DNA of 64,000 bases from Hydrolagus affinis (GCA_012026655.1 JAAILG010000371.1:1-64000); one strand, 5' to 3'. Positions 1 through 13,252 are shown, counted from the first letter of the stretch. Translations and numbers: made by a program. The notes: generated by a model not told the origin, from the letters alone.

Positions 1-59
1 GGATATGTACTAAACCTGCCGTGATCCCAATTTCAGTTTGACTGAGCATAATCTTACCA

Positions 60-320
60 TCAATGATAGTTTATCACTATTACAGACTTTAAAAAATATT
101 AAACAAGGTCTTGGATATGTAATGGATGATCCTCCCAAATTCTTGAAAAATTGGGTTGGTTAAAAAAAGATACCATGGGAACCAGAGTTTATTCAACGAC
201 AGTAGGAGACAAAGAGTTTGGATAGGAGGGACATTGCAAGGTAATAAGTGGCATCCTTTAGGTTTGTGTATTGGAGCCTCTGTTTTTCACTGTATGTGTT
301 GAAGGCTTGTATGTAAATTG
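60..320 (+). mobile_element. Degraded CR1 LINE reverse-transcriptase fragment
   Basis: Remnant of the RRQRV...VTSGVPQGSVLGPLLF region (ggagacaaagagtt...aagtggcatccttt...tattggagcctctgtttttc). Confidence 0.55.
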
Positions 321-695
321 ATTGCCACAATCACTCTCAAATGCGAATAATTTTGCAATAAATCTTGTGTAGTGCTTTGAGAAGCTTCAACAACCTCATA
401 AAGTGCTATATGAAATGCAATGATTAGTACTATTATTATATCCTGATATTGTTAATATAATATCAACTAGCAGCGTGTGAAGCAGGACCCAGATGCTCAT
501 TCCAGGGTCAATTAGAAAGTGATACCGCTATTCAACATCATGGCCAAACAATTTTGAAGGTTCACAGATTTCACCCATCAATGATTCTATGCAAAGAGAA
601 TTGATTTCTAATTCAAAGTAGCTTTCAATGAAAATTAGATATTCTGGGTGATATGAGCTTGCAGTGGGATTATATGATTACATGTACTGACTCAC

Positions 696-924
696 TTCAG
701 TGGGCTTGCTGTTTGAACAGGACAATTTGTGGCACTTATTTGAAGGGAGGAATGGTGCGCAATTACTGAGAAAATTCTAAATGTGGTGCACTCGTGTGGA
801 ATTACCTCCAACCTTCGAATGACTGCAATCGTGGTCTTTTCCATATGTGAGAGAAGTAAAGTGGCAATTCTGCCTATTTTATTGTAAAGATTTCTGAGTC
901 TGAATCGAAAGCTATTGGGAACAT
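696..924 (-). other. Candidate internal coding exon of unknown identity
   Basis: Acceptor ttttctttcttgtgcag and donor GAA|gtgagt; 229 bp, open in one frame only (phase 1 to 2): VPNSFRFRLRNLYNKIGRIATLLLSHMEK...TASPL. Not a recognisable repeat or protein. Confidence 0.3.
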
Positions 925-974
925 CTGCACAAGAAAGAAAAATCTGACCAAGCATATTACCATCATTTAACTTC

Positions 975-2020
975 AGGGTTGTACTTTGGAATGGAGAGAT
1001 GTTGATATTGATGTTTCTCAGGGGTCAGTGTTAGGACCACTGCTTTCCTCAATTTATGTAAACAATCTAAATTCCCGTCGAAGGGGCACAATTTCTAACT
1101 TTGCAGATAATACAAAAATAGGGAATGTAGTAAATAATGAAGAAGACTGTAAGCAGCTTCAAGGAGGAGTAGACGGATTAGTTGATTGGGTAGAGAAATG
1201 GCAAATTAAATGTAAGACAAATGTGATGTTATACATTTTGGGAGGAAGAATAAGGGGAACAAGTATTTGTTGAATGGTAAAATAAAACAGGAGTGGAAGA
1301 GCAAAGGGACTTGGGGTTTAATGTGCATAAATTCTTAAAGGTGGGAGGGCAAAGCTGTCAAAGAAGCTAGTGCAATATGAGGTTTGATCATTAGGGGCAT
1401 AGAATATAGAAGCAAAGAGTTGATGCTAAACTTGCATAAATCAGACCACAGCTGGAACATTGTGTCCAGTACTTTTCTCCCCACTTTAGAAAAGACATCA
1501 AGGAGATAGACTTGGTGCAGAGGAGATTTACAAGGAAGATGCTGGTAATGAGTGGATTGGTCCAAGAACGGAGATGGGAGGAACTGGGATTTTTCCTTTG
1601 GAACAAAGAGGGTTGAGGAGGAGATGTGCTACAGGTCTTTAAAATTATGAAAGGTTTTAAAAGAGTCAATAGGGAGAAATTATTTCCACTGCTCAACAAC
1701 AACAACAACAACAAATTAAATTTATAGAGCGCCTTTCACGTCGGGAGGACATCCCAAGGCGCTGCACAGGGGGAGTGTGACCCGAGCTGGGAGGGGAGTG
1801 TTTGGGCGGGGGTGAAACACGAAGGGGAGGTTGAAAAATTCGGGGTGAGTGAGTCAGTGAGTCAGTAACATCAGTTTAAGATAGTCACACATATTGGGCT
1901 TCAGGACTGAGTCTGCTACAGGGGTTGGGGATAGGACAAGTAAATAGCATAAAAATGGTTGCTCTTGAGGAACCTGGCACTGAGACAGTGGGCCGAATGG
2001 CCTTCTTCTGTGCTGTAAAT
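975..2020 (+). mobile_element. 5'-truncated CR1 LINE (RT C-terminus and 3' UTR), interrupted by an L2 3' end
   Basis: SQGSVLGPLL and NFADNTKIG (FADDTK-like) in ORF 986-1273; frameshifted CR1 ORF2 end and 3' UTR ggccgaatggcc...ctgtgctgtaaatttcta. Confidence 0.85.
1695..1850 (-). mobile_element. L2 LINE 3' end with (GTT)n tail, inserted in CR1
   Basis: Reverse complement of gcgccttgggatgtcctcccgacgtgaaaggcgctctataaat...(gtt)n; near-identical to the copy at 40623-40829. Confidence 0.85.
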
Positions 2021-2104
2021 TTCTACGGTTCCTTATTTTTATTCACCAAAATGCCTATAGGGATTATAGGCATAGGAGCTGAACATTTGGCTTCTGGTGA
2101 TGAT

Positions 2105-3210
2105 ACAACAACAGCAACAGCAATTTTTATTTGTATAGCACCCTTTGATTAGGATAGCATCTCAGATTCTATACAGTGGAAGGGGTTGGATACCGAGCAA
2201 GAGAAAGTGGGAGATGATCGTAGGCACAGTCTTAGAAGAAGATGGAGGGATTTAAAGGGGCCTGAAGGGGATACTGAAGGGGCGAGGTGGAAAAATTGAG
2301 ACAAGGTATTCCAGAAGTTAAGGGTGCAATGGCTGAAGGCACAGCCTACATTGGTGGTGTGAATGGGTTTGAGCAAGCAGCAGGCCTGTGCCAACTGAGT
2401 GAAGGGTTGAGCAGAGGAGAACAATACAATCAGGTCAGAGAGGTGCTAAGGTATGAAAGTAATTACCAATCTATAAATGTAATTTTGTTGTTTGTTGTTG
2501 TATTTGCATGTGATGGTGAGAACCTTGAAAGTCATCCTTTTAGATACAGCACCAGTATATTAGTACATCCTGATTAGAATTGGGGTGAGGTGCTGTCGAG
2601 TTCTGCAGTTTGTGGAGGCTGGGGAGTAAGGCAATGGAAAAACTCATCGCTATTGGCAATCCCACTAGATATTACAACATAAATTTATATTTACACAGTG
2701 CCTTCACATTGGGAGGATGTTCCAAACCACTTAACAATTTTGTCTGGGCATCTACCCAGTTTCAGAATCATCCCAAGTCATCTAACTCATGTACTTAACA
2801 ACTAACCTGGGATTGTTTATTGCCAACAATTACTTGTAAAACTGAATCAAATTGTAATAGTTGTTATGCCATCACTGGTAACCAGAACATGCCTGAAAAA
2901 TAATAGAATCAAAACAATATGTGGAAAACCACGTTAAATGGTGATGGATAGGGGAGAGAGGATTCAGAGAGGACTGGGGACACAAAGCAAGCTTGAGTAT
3001 GCTGAGCGGAATGGGTGAGCCGAAGAGTGAGGAGAAGGTAACAGAGATAGAGAGGTGCTAGAGTGTGAAGGGATTTATAAGTGAGGCTGAGCACTTTGAA
3101 AATGATCCATTAGTTGACGGAGCCAGTGAATCCTGAACAGGGCTGGGTGATGGGTATGTTGAGTTTAGTGTGGGTGAGAATTCAGGCAGTGGGGTTTTGG
3201 ATCAGTTGGA
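2105..3210 (-). mobile_element. Degraded L2 fragments
   Basis: Purine-rich antisense L2 ORF2 end; ORF 2909-3094 reads YKSLHTLAPLYL (L2 C-terminal motif). Confidence 0.6.
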
Positions 3211-3723
3211 AAAGTGCTTCTGATTGTAACAATCTGATACATTCATTTATTATGTGATTGAAATTTTAGCCCCAGAGACAGTTGCAGAGATTCACAATTT
3301 CAGGAGCTTCTTTTTTTTTCAATCTAGAAAGACACCTCTGGCAAGGAGACCTTTTTCAGTGATTGAAAGATGGAGTCAATGGATTTCAATAATGCAGAGA
3401 TTGTGGAATGGTGGGATTTAAAACCAGACTGCTAGTCACTTGCTAGCTTATTGTAGTTTAGCTGCTCACAGATACGGTAACAGAATGAGCTCTCCAATAA
3501 TTTCAAGCAAATTGTTAAGAATAGACATGATCTATTACAACTAAACATACAGTCATACTGAGTACACTTTTCTCGCAAGCCCAATGCTAGGGAAATTGAC
3601 GTGACAGGTTTTTGATAAATCCCAGAGAGATAATAATTGAAGTAAATGAACAAAATCTAAAATGAAGACATTCGTTATTCTTTGGTGTTTGACCTTGCTA
3701 ACTCATGCAGTAACTGTGTCATT

Positions 3724-3860
3724 TTGGCTCAATTGGTAGCAATCTCGCCTCTGCTTCAGATGTCAGTGGGTTCAAAGATCACATCAAGGTTTGGGTTCAT
3801 TACGTAAATTGACACTCCATTGCAGTAATGAGAGAATGCTGCAATGTTGGTGTTTTTTGT
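3724..3860 (+). mobile_element. tRNA-derived Deu-type SINE, 5' part
   Basis: tggctcaattggtagc (A box), gggttcaaag (B box), gacactccattgcagtaatgag; same family as 23929-24322. Confidence 0.6.
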
Positions 3861-4389
3861 CTTTTTGTCTTAAATGCTAACCTCGAATCAGTAAATGTTT
3901 TCACTGATTCTGAAAAAAATCAACCAAAGTTTCTGCTCCTAATTACGATTGAGTTCTCTCTGCCAGAAAACTGCACATATGGAGGATCATGCCAGGATCT
4001 GGAGAGGATCAGGTGGATATGATGTCCCCCATTGTGCAAGCCCCACTCTCCGTAGTGTATTAAGAATGACCCCATTAGCAAAGCCTCAAAGGACTGCCAG
4101 TGTCAATAAATCTATAGCCAATATAGCGTAGTACAGCACTATCAACTTGCATTTATTTAAGCGCTCTTCACAGACTATTTTGGAGACTGGGACTGGATGT
4201 TGAGCAAAGGAGAGGGGCAAGGAGGAAGCAACCACAGGCATGATTGAAGAGATAGGTTTTTAGACATATACAGAGGGGAGAGAGGCAAAGGGGTAGAGGG
4301 AAAGAGTTCCAGAGGAAAGGCATAATATTGAATCAGAACAAGGGGGAATAAACATAATCAGAACAATGTGGCAAAATTGTATTAATATT

Positions 4390-4700
4390 AGAGTCCAGAA
4401 CAAGGGTACATAGTCTTAAGTTAGAGCTAGGCTAGTTAGGAGTAAAACCTGAAACCATTTTTTTACACAAAGAGTAGTGGAAATCTGGAATTCTTTCCCA
4501 CAAAACACTGTGGATGCTGGATCAATTTGAATTTTGAAGACTGAGATCGATGGATATTCGCTAGGAAGGGTATTAAAGAATATGAAGCAAAGGCAGGTTA
4601 TTGGAGTTGAGGTAGAGATAATCCATGATCTAATAGAATGGCATAACATGCTTGAGTGGCTAAAATAGTCTACTGCTGTTCCTATATACTTATGCTCCTA
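4390..4700 (+). mobile_element. CR1 LINE 3' end
   Basis: Encodes RTRVHSL...FFTQRVVEIWNSFPQ...FKTEID-like CR1 C-terminus, followed by CR1 3' UTR. Confidence 0.8.
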
Positions 4701-5516
4701 TATTAGAGTGGATGAGATGGTGGGGAGGGTTGAGGGAAATAATTAGATATTATAATTTTTTTTAAATGAACTATCACCTCTTAAAATGTACATTTAATTT
4801 AATTTAATTATTCAACCATATATTCACTTCAACAAGTCAAGTGAGATCAGAATGATATAGGTCAGATATTAACAGATAATTCACTGTTCCTTATTGATAG
4901 ACCCACCATAGAATTAATCTTTACAATAACAGTTAATATTGTTATTCAATAATAACAATTAATTTGAAACAGTAATTTAATATCAATGTATCTGTGAAAT
5001 ATTACACAACTCAGCTAATGAGAAGGAATTGTGGTGAAAAGCAAGGTCTCTAGTAACATATTGATTCTCATTGACTAACCATCGGCACTGAATTATCATG
5101 CACTTCATGGCACAAAAAGAGATTGGCCTGTGAATAAACAGATGGAAACAAAAAATCTTTGTAAACAACTTTGAGCCTTACTGACTCCATCCTTTCTGGT
5201 AACTTGTTCTAGTTCCTAATTACCTTGTTAGTAAAGAAAAACTTCCTGGCATCTGTCCTGATTTAGAAATTAATTTAATTTAGAATTACCCATTGCAATT
5301 CTCAACCCATGTCCTCTTGTTCTACCGTTTTGGTGCATTCCAAAGTATTCTGGTTTGACTTAATCAATTCCATTTAAAATGTTATAAGGTTCCCTCCTGA
5401 GACATCATCTTTCAAGACATTTTTTTCTTCGTTTTGGACCGAAAAGCCCTAGTTTGTCTAATTGTTACTCATATAGCTCATTCCTCTAACTGTGATCGTA
5501 TTTGTAGGTGAACATG

Positions 5517-5614
5517 CCCTTGTAAAAAAGTACCATGGTAGTGGTGGTAGTACCACCATAACTATGGTACTACCATGCTACTACCACCATTACCATGGTA
5601 CTTTTTTACAAGGG
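5517..5614. mobile_element. 98-bp non-autonomous DNA transposon (MITE), CMC/EnSpm-like ends
   Basis: Perfect 24-bp TIR CCCTTGTAAAAAAGTACCATGGTA (about 36 bp with one mismatch), flanked by TG on both sides (2-bp TSD). Confidence 0.8.
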
Positions 5615-5631
5615 TGCAAAGCAATTTGTGC

Positions 5632-5940
5632 TCAATAATGTCCCACAAACAGCCAGGAAATGAATGACCAATTTTATTTGGGGGATTGTCAGCCAGGACA
5701 TCAGAAGAAACTCCCTCGTCTGTGAATACGATCTGTGCCATGTGATCATCTTTAATGGCAACCTGTACAAGCAGACAGGACCTTGGTTTAATGTCTCATC
5801 TGAAAAATGGCACCTCCTACAATCAGCACATACAACAATAACAAAATTACATATATAGAGCGCCTTCCCATCGGAAGATGTCCCATAGTACTGCACTGGA
5901 GTATCATCTCTGTTGTGGTGCTTAAACCATAACCTTCTTA
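5632..5940 (-). mobile_element. Deu-type SINE remnant
   Basis: Reverse complement of the ttaaaccaaggtcc...aagatgatcacatggcac...gtcctggc core; carries a short L2-tail insertion. Confidence 0.6.
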
Positions 5941-7894
5941 GATTGTATTTTAATGGTCTTCATGCTAGAACCATCAAAAATGTCCTGCACTTGGTCAGGT
6001 GAATCTCCTTTGCTTGTGTTAGAGATTGAAGTGCTGTATTTAGATTAGTACTCATGTTAACTGATAATTGAAATAGATTTTTTTATCTTTTCTGAATATC
6101 GACAGTTAATATTGACTTTTTTTATTCTTTGACTGTTTTTATTGATTTGTTTTCAACCTGAATTTTCACACTTGGAGGAAACAGATTGAGACGCAAATTG
6201 ACAATCATAACAGTAATTAATGCACATTTATTGCCTGCATAAAAACGCTCGCCAGTGAATCACATTCATGACAACACAATGTTTGTAACATCAAACAACA
6301 ACAAATACTATATTTCCCTTCAGGCAGAATCATGTCTCAGAGTGCTTCACAATGACACTGAGCAAGGGATAAAGGAGAGAGGAAAGTGACCATAAGTGCG
6401 GTCGAAGAGCATGGTGCAAAAATAGATAGAGATGGGGAGGGGGAATAGGTTGTAAGTTCCATGGGTTAGATGTGTAATAAATGAAGTCTTAGCCACAACG
6501 GTGTTGTGAAGGGAGCAGGGGAAGTACAAAAAGGCTCTTATGCTCTTTTCATTCATTTTTACAGCAACATTTATAGCATGGTACTGTAGTTACAAACAAG
6601 CGTGGTAGGAATTATTTGTGAAGCACTTTGAGAATTATCTGCGGTCTCAAGAGCTCTACCTGACAATGTATCTACTTGATCCAGGGAAGTGGGGAAGGGC
6701 TTTTTTCTGGGGGTGCGGTAAGTGGTGTATCTGCTTGGGCTTGAGCTGATTCCTATGGAGACTAGTGCTTGGCCACTATATGTTGGAATTGAGTCAATCC
6801 TTTCTGGTGGACTCAGTAGTCTGTTGCCTGCGTTTCTGCATGTGTCAGTCATCTGGCTAACCAGAAAAAAATCTTATCGACCTATTCATCTTGGGCTGAT
6901 TCCAGTACTACTTTTGTGTATGGTAGCATCAGCACTGTACTTTTAGACCATTTATCATACTATCTGTACTTTACCATACATTTATCATGTATCTGTGAAT
7001 ATCATACTTATCATTTATCATGTGTCTGTGAATATTTCACCCACAAAATATACAGTCAATTCACTTTACAGTATATTCTGTGAAGCACTTTGAGAAGTTT
7101 CGAAGGGATGATAAGGCGCTATATCAAAAGCAAGGATTACTATTGTTTTATTATTATCTGTTCTAGTGGGAAGTGGATGTGGAGCACATGCTAACTCACT
7201 ACACTCTGTGCTTCATCCTTGTTTTCAAAAAAAAAGTAAAACAGCTTCTATCATATCAGATACAACAGTCCATGTACTGTTCAAAATTGACCTTTATCAG
7301 TTGTTGTGCAGCACTGACTATTTCTTGGCTCTCACTTCTATATGGTTCAGAGCAAGGTGTAAGACTAAGTTCACCTTGCTACCAACAGCGTGAACACCCT
7401 CGCATCTAGGCACAAATGTCGACCTTGATGTAAAATCACATCAGTCATCTTACTGTGCAACAAAGGGTGAAAGATTTTGCAGCTAGCGATGCTTTAATTT
7501 AAACAGGATACTTTTATAATGTCCCTGGTGCTCCTTTTCCATCTTTAACTGAGAGACAGATAAACATACGTTGTAAATATTCACACTTCTAATTCATTTC
7601 AAATGAAACCTTGATAATTTTTACTCCAGGTATCTCTTGTATCCCCTAAAAGTAGAGGTAGTTAGGAGTATCTTTACTAGATTGCCAAATTATGCAAGAT
7701 TCAGGCTCTGTCGAATTGTAAGGCATTGCTTGCTCCAGGTATCTGGGGACATTGGGTAAGATTTACTGAAACCATTCTGTTTGTCCTACCCTTTGGTGCT
7801 CAAAACTGAAAACATTATTCATTTTGGGCCACAGGGGGTTCTCTTCGGGAAACAACAGCCTAGAGCAGCTTTATTATAATACATTTGTTTTAGA

Positions 7895-8230
7895 TTCCAT
7901 CCTGTTTACCTAATTCTGGAGTAGGCACAGTTTGGCAGGAGCTAAGGCCTGGGGACCCCACAGTGTGAGTTAGGGAACTGCTGGAGTCTAACCAACTAAC
8001 ACCACATAACTTGTCATTGATAGCACTATCTGGGAAGCTTTCCTGCTGCTTGTCCACCCAGGACCCATTAGGGCTTTGGCTTAAAAGCTGAGTAGGAGGA
8101 TTCCCTGACCCCAGTCACTGGTCTGCCCTTCCTGCCTTGCCGATGAGCTGAGCTGCCTGTGATGTTATCAGCAGCGCCCTGGAATAATGTGGACCTTCAT
8201 GGCTCAGGAATCGGACTAGCAAGAACTCTA
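7895..8230 (-). mobile_element. 3' UTR fragment of the CCHC-knuckle LINE family (see 44890-46605)
   Basis: Shares tacctaattctgga...ctgctggagtctaacc...ccacata.cttg.cattga...cccattagggctttg with several other copies in the window. Confidence 0.7.
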
Positions 8231-9698
8231 CAGATTCAGAGTTTCGATTCAGCTAGTCCGTTGCCAAACATATCACCTTAGAGCTAGTTCAGCTCTAAGG
8301 AGTCCCCACTTACCTCTCCACCCAGGAGGATAGTGTTGGGATTTTGTAAACCCTGGTCATCCAGTAATAAGTCCCTCTTCCTCCAGAGAACAGATCAGCT
8401 GAGTCATCACCACTGAGCCCCACCAATATGATCTTTAGTCTTTAGACATGTAAAGTGGACTCTTTCAAATAGATTGTGGCAAAATACCTGAAGTTGCACT
8501 TTTTAGATAATCCTATTCTGTGAATGGTATAGTAAAAAGGAGAGATGTCTTTTAAATTTCTGCTTCTATGGCAGATAATAATAATCCTTGCATGTGACAT
8601 AGTGCCTTTCTAGAGGAAGTCTCAAAGTGATTCACTAGATATACTGTAATGTGCAGTGACTGTGTATTTTGTGATCAAATGACCACATTTCACACTTTTG
8701 GGGTAGAAGGTTTCAAATGGATTTAATCAGCCGCTTTCCTACCTGTACCAAATAATCTCTGGCTACTGATATTCTTTGATTTCAACTTTTTCTCTGTTAA
8801 ATAAATGCTCCATCAAGGGAATCATCCAATGTGTCCCAGAGTATTACAGTAGATAAGTAGCATGGTTCCAGAATGAAGCCAGAGAAAAAATTCTTACTAG
8901 GAGAAAATGTCCTCACATTTGTCCTCCCTGTGACATTTTCAAAGGACAATAGGCAGCACGTCGATATTTCCTGGATATGCTCAATTATTATATGAAATTA
9001 TGTAGAAATATTCATTCATATGGTTTTACAGTACAATAACACTTACAGTACAATGTAACAAACTATTATAGGGTTATTTGTGCAGCGATATTAAGCGTCA
9101 TGTAGCCTCATAAAGTGACAGAGTTTACTGGACATTACACTGTTAAGCCCTGAGCTTGGTAATAAAACCCTTCTTGTTTTAACCCCTAGTGATACAGTTC
9201 AGCTTCCTTCTTTCAAATTCTTTGGAATGCAAGGGGTATGGAACATCTATTTTGGATAATGTCAGTCGCCAAAGCCCATACACTGATACTTAGCCAGAAG
9301 CTGAATATCCCACAGCAGGATAATTATCCCATTGAGTGGATGCTATACATAAATGTTGCTGTTATGTTTGCCTACAAAATACAGTGTCACTAGGCTTAAA
9401 CTTTTGATGGTATATGGTATAATTTCAAATGTAAAGATTATTATTGTTCATTTTTTACCCCAGAGAACCAATGGCGGAGCCCAAAGCCGAGCCAGGTGGG
9501 ATGGGGGAGTGGGGAGGGGGCGGGTGGGGTTGGTTAAGATGACCATAAGCACAGTCAAAGAGAAAGGTCTTCAGACGCGACCTGAAGATGGGGCGTCCAA
9601 AGTTTCAGGGTGGAGTGGGTGAAAGTACGGCCGCCGATGGGGAGTGGAGGATTTGGGAGACAAGGAAGAGAGCAGGACCCAGTAGAGCAGAGGCAGCA

Positions 9699-10019
9699 CA
9701 GTAATAAAACCTCGATAATTCAACATTCCAAAAGCTGGCAACTCCCTAAAACCGACAAGATTTCAAAATAAAACAGCATTAGATTTTTTTCCGATGTCAG
9801 CAAATCTCCCAAAGTTCTTAAAAACTGCTTGTAGTTCACGGCATCACCACTCGATCATCTGGTGCTGTGGTTGGAGCTCGGGCATTGTTTGGCTTCAGTG
9901 CTGTGTTCACAGGGCAGCACTTCCCCAGCCATTTCTAGGGTAGGTTTCTAAACACCGGCAAACTCTGAAATTCAGGAAGTGCGTGGGACCAACTGTGCCG
10001 GATTATCGAGGTTTTACTG
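9699..10019. mobile_element. pogo/Tigger-like MITE inserted in an L2 remnant
   Basis: TIRs cagtaa(taa)aacctcgataat and attatcgaggttttactg, followed by TA on the right. Confidence 0.75.
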
Positions 10020-10664
10020 TACTGCTGTGAGGGAAGAGGAGGTTAGAGAGGTATGGAGTGATGAGGAGTGGAGGGATTTAAACACTAGAGTGTTTAAACA
10101 CAACAGTCTTGCAGATAAAATTGGTCAAACAGTACATGAGTATTTGTAGGACATTACTGTGCACAAATTGTTTGTCAGTCACTACAGTTAAAATATGTCC
10201 TGCGAAGCATTTTTAGATATCTTAATGTGTGATATCAAATATCAAGTTTGTTTTTTTTATTCGTTATTTTTATTTTTTTATTATTGTTATCCATTTTCAA
10301 TGTAGTTTGCAATCTTTCAACATATTGCACACTAAGTTTACTTTTATGTTCAGAATCTATGGTCAACCAATGTTTGTAAGACCACACAGTCTCGGTTTCA
10401 TACATCAATTTGATTCCTTCCGGTTGGAATGACATTGATTCATATTTCTGCTGAGCAGTTTGAGGAAAAGCAGTGACTTTGGAGGATAAAATGTACTTGT
10501 GATTCAGCCTTATCCTATCTATTTAGATATGCCTGTCACCATCAGAGCACATTCCTGTTGAATGGATTAAGACTAACATTACAGATAAGCAGCAGAGTGT
10601 AAAATTCTGTTTGTGTATTTCTTCTCACCATGCAAGGTTCTCATGATGCCTGAACTAATTTTTC

Positions 10665-11070
10665 TTTGGTGAGACGTGTGTCTGACACATGCAGAAACCC
10701 ATCAGTATGCTGAAGAGCATCCAAACCAGACTGAGAGTTCTACATGCCACTTACACATGGAAATTTAGCTGTGACTGGAATGGAATGTGCACTCTCTCCC
10801 TGGTGGGACGCATCCTGCTTATCTAATTCTGGAGAGTATTAGGCATGGGTTTGTAAGAGCCAAGACTTAGAGACTTCAGACTATGCGTTGTATACTGCTG
10901 GAGTTTAACTAACTAAAGCCACATAGCTTGCCATTGGAAGCACTGTCTGGCAAACTTCCCGCAGCTTGTCCAGCAAGGTTCATCTTACCCATTAGGGCTT
11001 TGGGTTGCAGGGTTAATATAATCTGAGTGGAAAGAAATTCTACCTCCAATGAATGGTCTACCCTTCTGTT
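10665..11070 (-). mobile_element. 3' UTR fragment of the CCHC-knuckle LINE family
   Basis: ctgacacatgcagaaacccatc...gcatcctgcttatctaattctggagagtattaggc...cccattagggctttg. Confidence 0.75.
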
Positions 11071-12378
11071 TCTTCTGGCCAAAAATCAATTAGATTAAAA
11101 GAAAACTCATTTGCATCATAGATGCAGGTGTGAAAATAGACTGCTGTCTTTGCTAAGAAATACACAGTTGATACCTTTAAAGTGTGAAACTCTGAGAAGC
11201 GCTTTGAAATGTTTCGACATGATCGGGCCTATATCAAAAGCAAGTATTATTAATTACTTATGATTTGAAGTTTGGTACATTTATGCCTTATTATTTATTG
11301 ATTCCTTTTAAAGATATTTTGCCTACAAAATACACAGTCAATTCATTTTAAAATGTACAGTATTCCATGAAGCACTTTGAGATGTCTCAATGAACGTGAT
11401 GAGGCGCTACATCAAATGCAAAGATTATTATTGTTATAGAAAGGGCAGATGAGGCAATAACTGGCCTCTTGTCTTTGATATTCAGTAAGCAGCTTGGGTA
11501 AATGTAGCTCCTAATTACACCTCTCTCCCTCTGGGAGAGATTTTGGACTCTATTTGACATATTCCTTCCGATGCTCGGCCAGGCAAAACTTGGTTCTTTA
11601 CTTGCCGTTACTAGGTTTAGGTCACATCTCTGAACCTTTAAATCTTCAAAGAAAATTTTATATAGACCTTACTTCAGCATGTGAGATCAGCATATCTATC
11701 ATTACTGCTTCTTAATACACAGCTTTCAGTCAACCTTGAACATAGAGGATGCAGATGTACTCGGAAGGCTCAATGGATTGGTTAATGGTTTGGAAATCGA
11801 ATGACACAATATTCATCATTCTCAACTCAGCGACTATTTCCTAGAAAATAACCATTTCAGTTACATTTTCATTTGTGCCACTTACAATACATTTTACTTG
11901 GGAGGATAAGTTGGGGTGAATTCTAAGGATTTCTACATGACTGTTAACAAAGTTCACTCAGTAATGAAGGAGAAAGTTATGCTCTTCCCTCAGGGCAATG
12001 TGGTGTAGGCTATTACCAGTCTTCCCTGCTTCCTGAGGTTAGAGACTCCTTTATTACATGACTAGCAACCTGTTTGAAACTGAAGAAAGTCCAATTTCCT
12101 GGATCTGTGGAGTCTCTCAGACACTACTGCCAGATTCTTAGAAAAGGCACAACAAACATATTGTAGTCTGATGGGTGATTTGTTGCTCACTGCTTGTATC
12201 CATATGGTCTCTCTTCACCGGAACTGGGTACATTCACAGGATATTTAGTGCATTACACATTTTGCCGTTTCATCCACAAAATATACAGTCAATTCACTTT
12301 CCTGTATATTCTGTGCAGCCCTTTAAGACATCTCAAAGACGTGATGAGGCGTTATATCAATTGCAAAGATTATTATCA

Positions 12379-12620
12379 AAAATGCAAAATACTGCAGATG
12401 CTGGAAATCTGAAACAAAACAGAAATCACTGGGAACACTCAGCAGGTCAGGGAGCATCTATGGAGAAAGGAAAGTGAGGCAACGTTTCGGGTCCACGACG
12501 AAGTCTGACGAAGGATTGTGGACCTGAAATGTTGACTCAGTTTCCTTTCTAGATAGATTCCTTTCTCCATAGATGCTGCCTGACCTGCTGAGTGTTTCCA
12601 GCGATTTCTGTTTTGTTTGT
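12379..12620. mobile_element. Penelope-type inverted-repeat element inserted in a SINE tail
   Basis: About 100-bp inverted arms (aacagaaatcactgggaacactcagcaggtcag... / ...ctgacctgctgagtgtttccagcgatttctgtt); CTGACGA...GAAA core at 12505-12529. Confidence 0.75.
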
Positions 12621-13194
12621 AAGGATGATTATTATTATTATTTCACATAACTGACAACCACTTGGCTGGTATGGGCAGTAGTTCCACCACCCTCACAGTT
12701 AATCCTTACGCAAGACACTGGAGATTTAAATCAGGGAGTTTCTCACAATTCACCAGATGAAATCCGTCACTCAATTCGCTGCTGTTTGAATGAGTTGCTG
12801 TGTTGGTGAATTGCTAGATTGGTGAGTTGCTGTCACAAACTGGCTGCTGCATTTGCCTAAAGATACACTAAACTTGACAAGAAATACTGTGAAGCGCTTT
12901 GAGGCATCTCGATGATGCAATAAGGTTTTATATCAAATGCAGTGATTATTATTATTATTATTATTATTAAACTACTTGAAATCAGGCTGCATGCTTTATC
13001 TATCTGACCCAAAGAGCCCTTTCATTGTGACTTGTTTGAACTAGATACCCTCAGTTTGCAGAATCATTTGGTCTGGAACGTTTTCCCACACAAAATCTAT
13101 CAATTGAACAATAAATGGGTTACTGGCTGCTCAAGTGACCTGCTGAACTAAACCCAGACCTTGCTTTAGAATTAGAAGTTGTGCATTTTCGAAA

Positions 13195-13252
13195 TCAGCT
13201 CCTTTTCAAATTTTGTTATCTGTTCAGCTCCTTTTCAAATTTTGTTATCTGT
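13195..13252 (+). repeat. Exact 29-bp tandem duplication
   Basis: tcagctccttttcaaattttgttatctgt twice. Confidence 0.95.
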
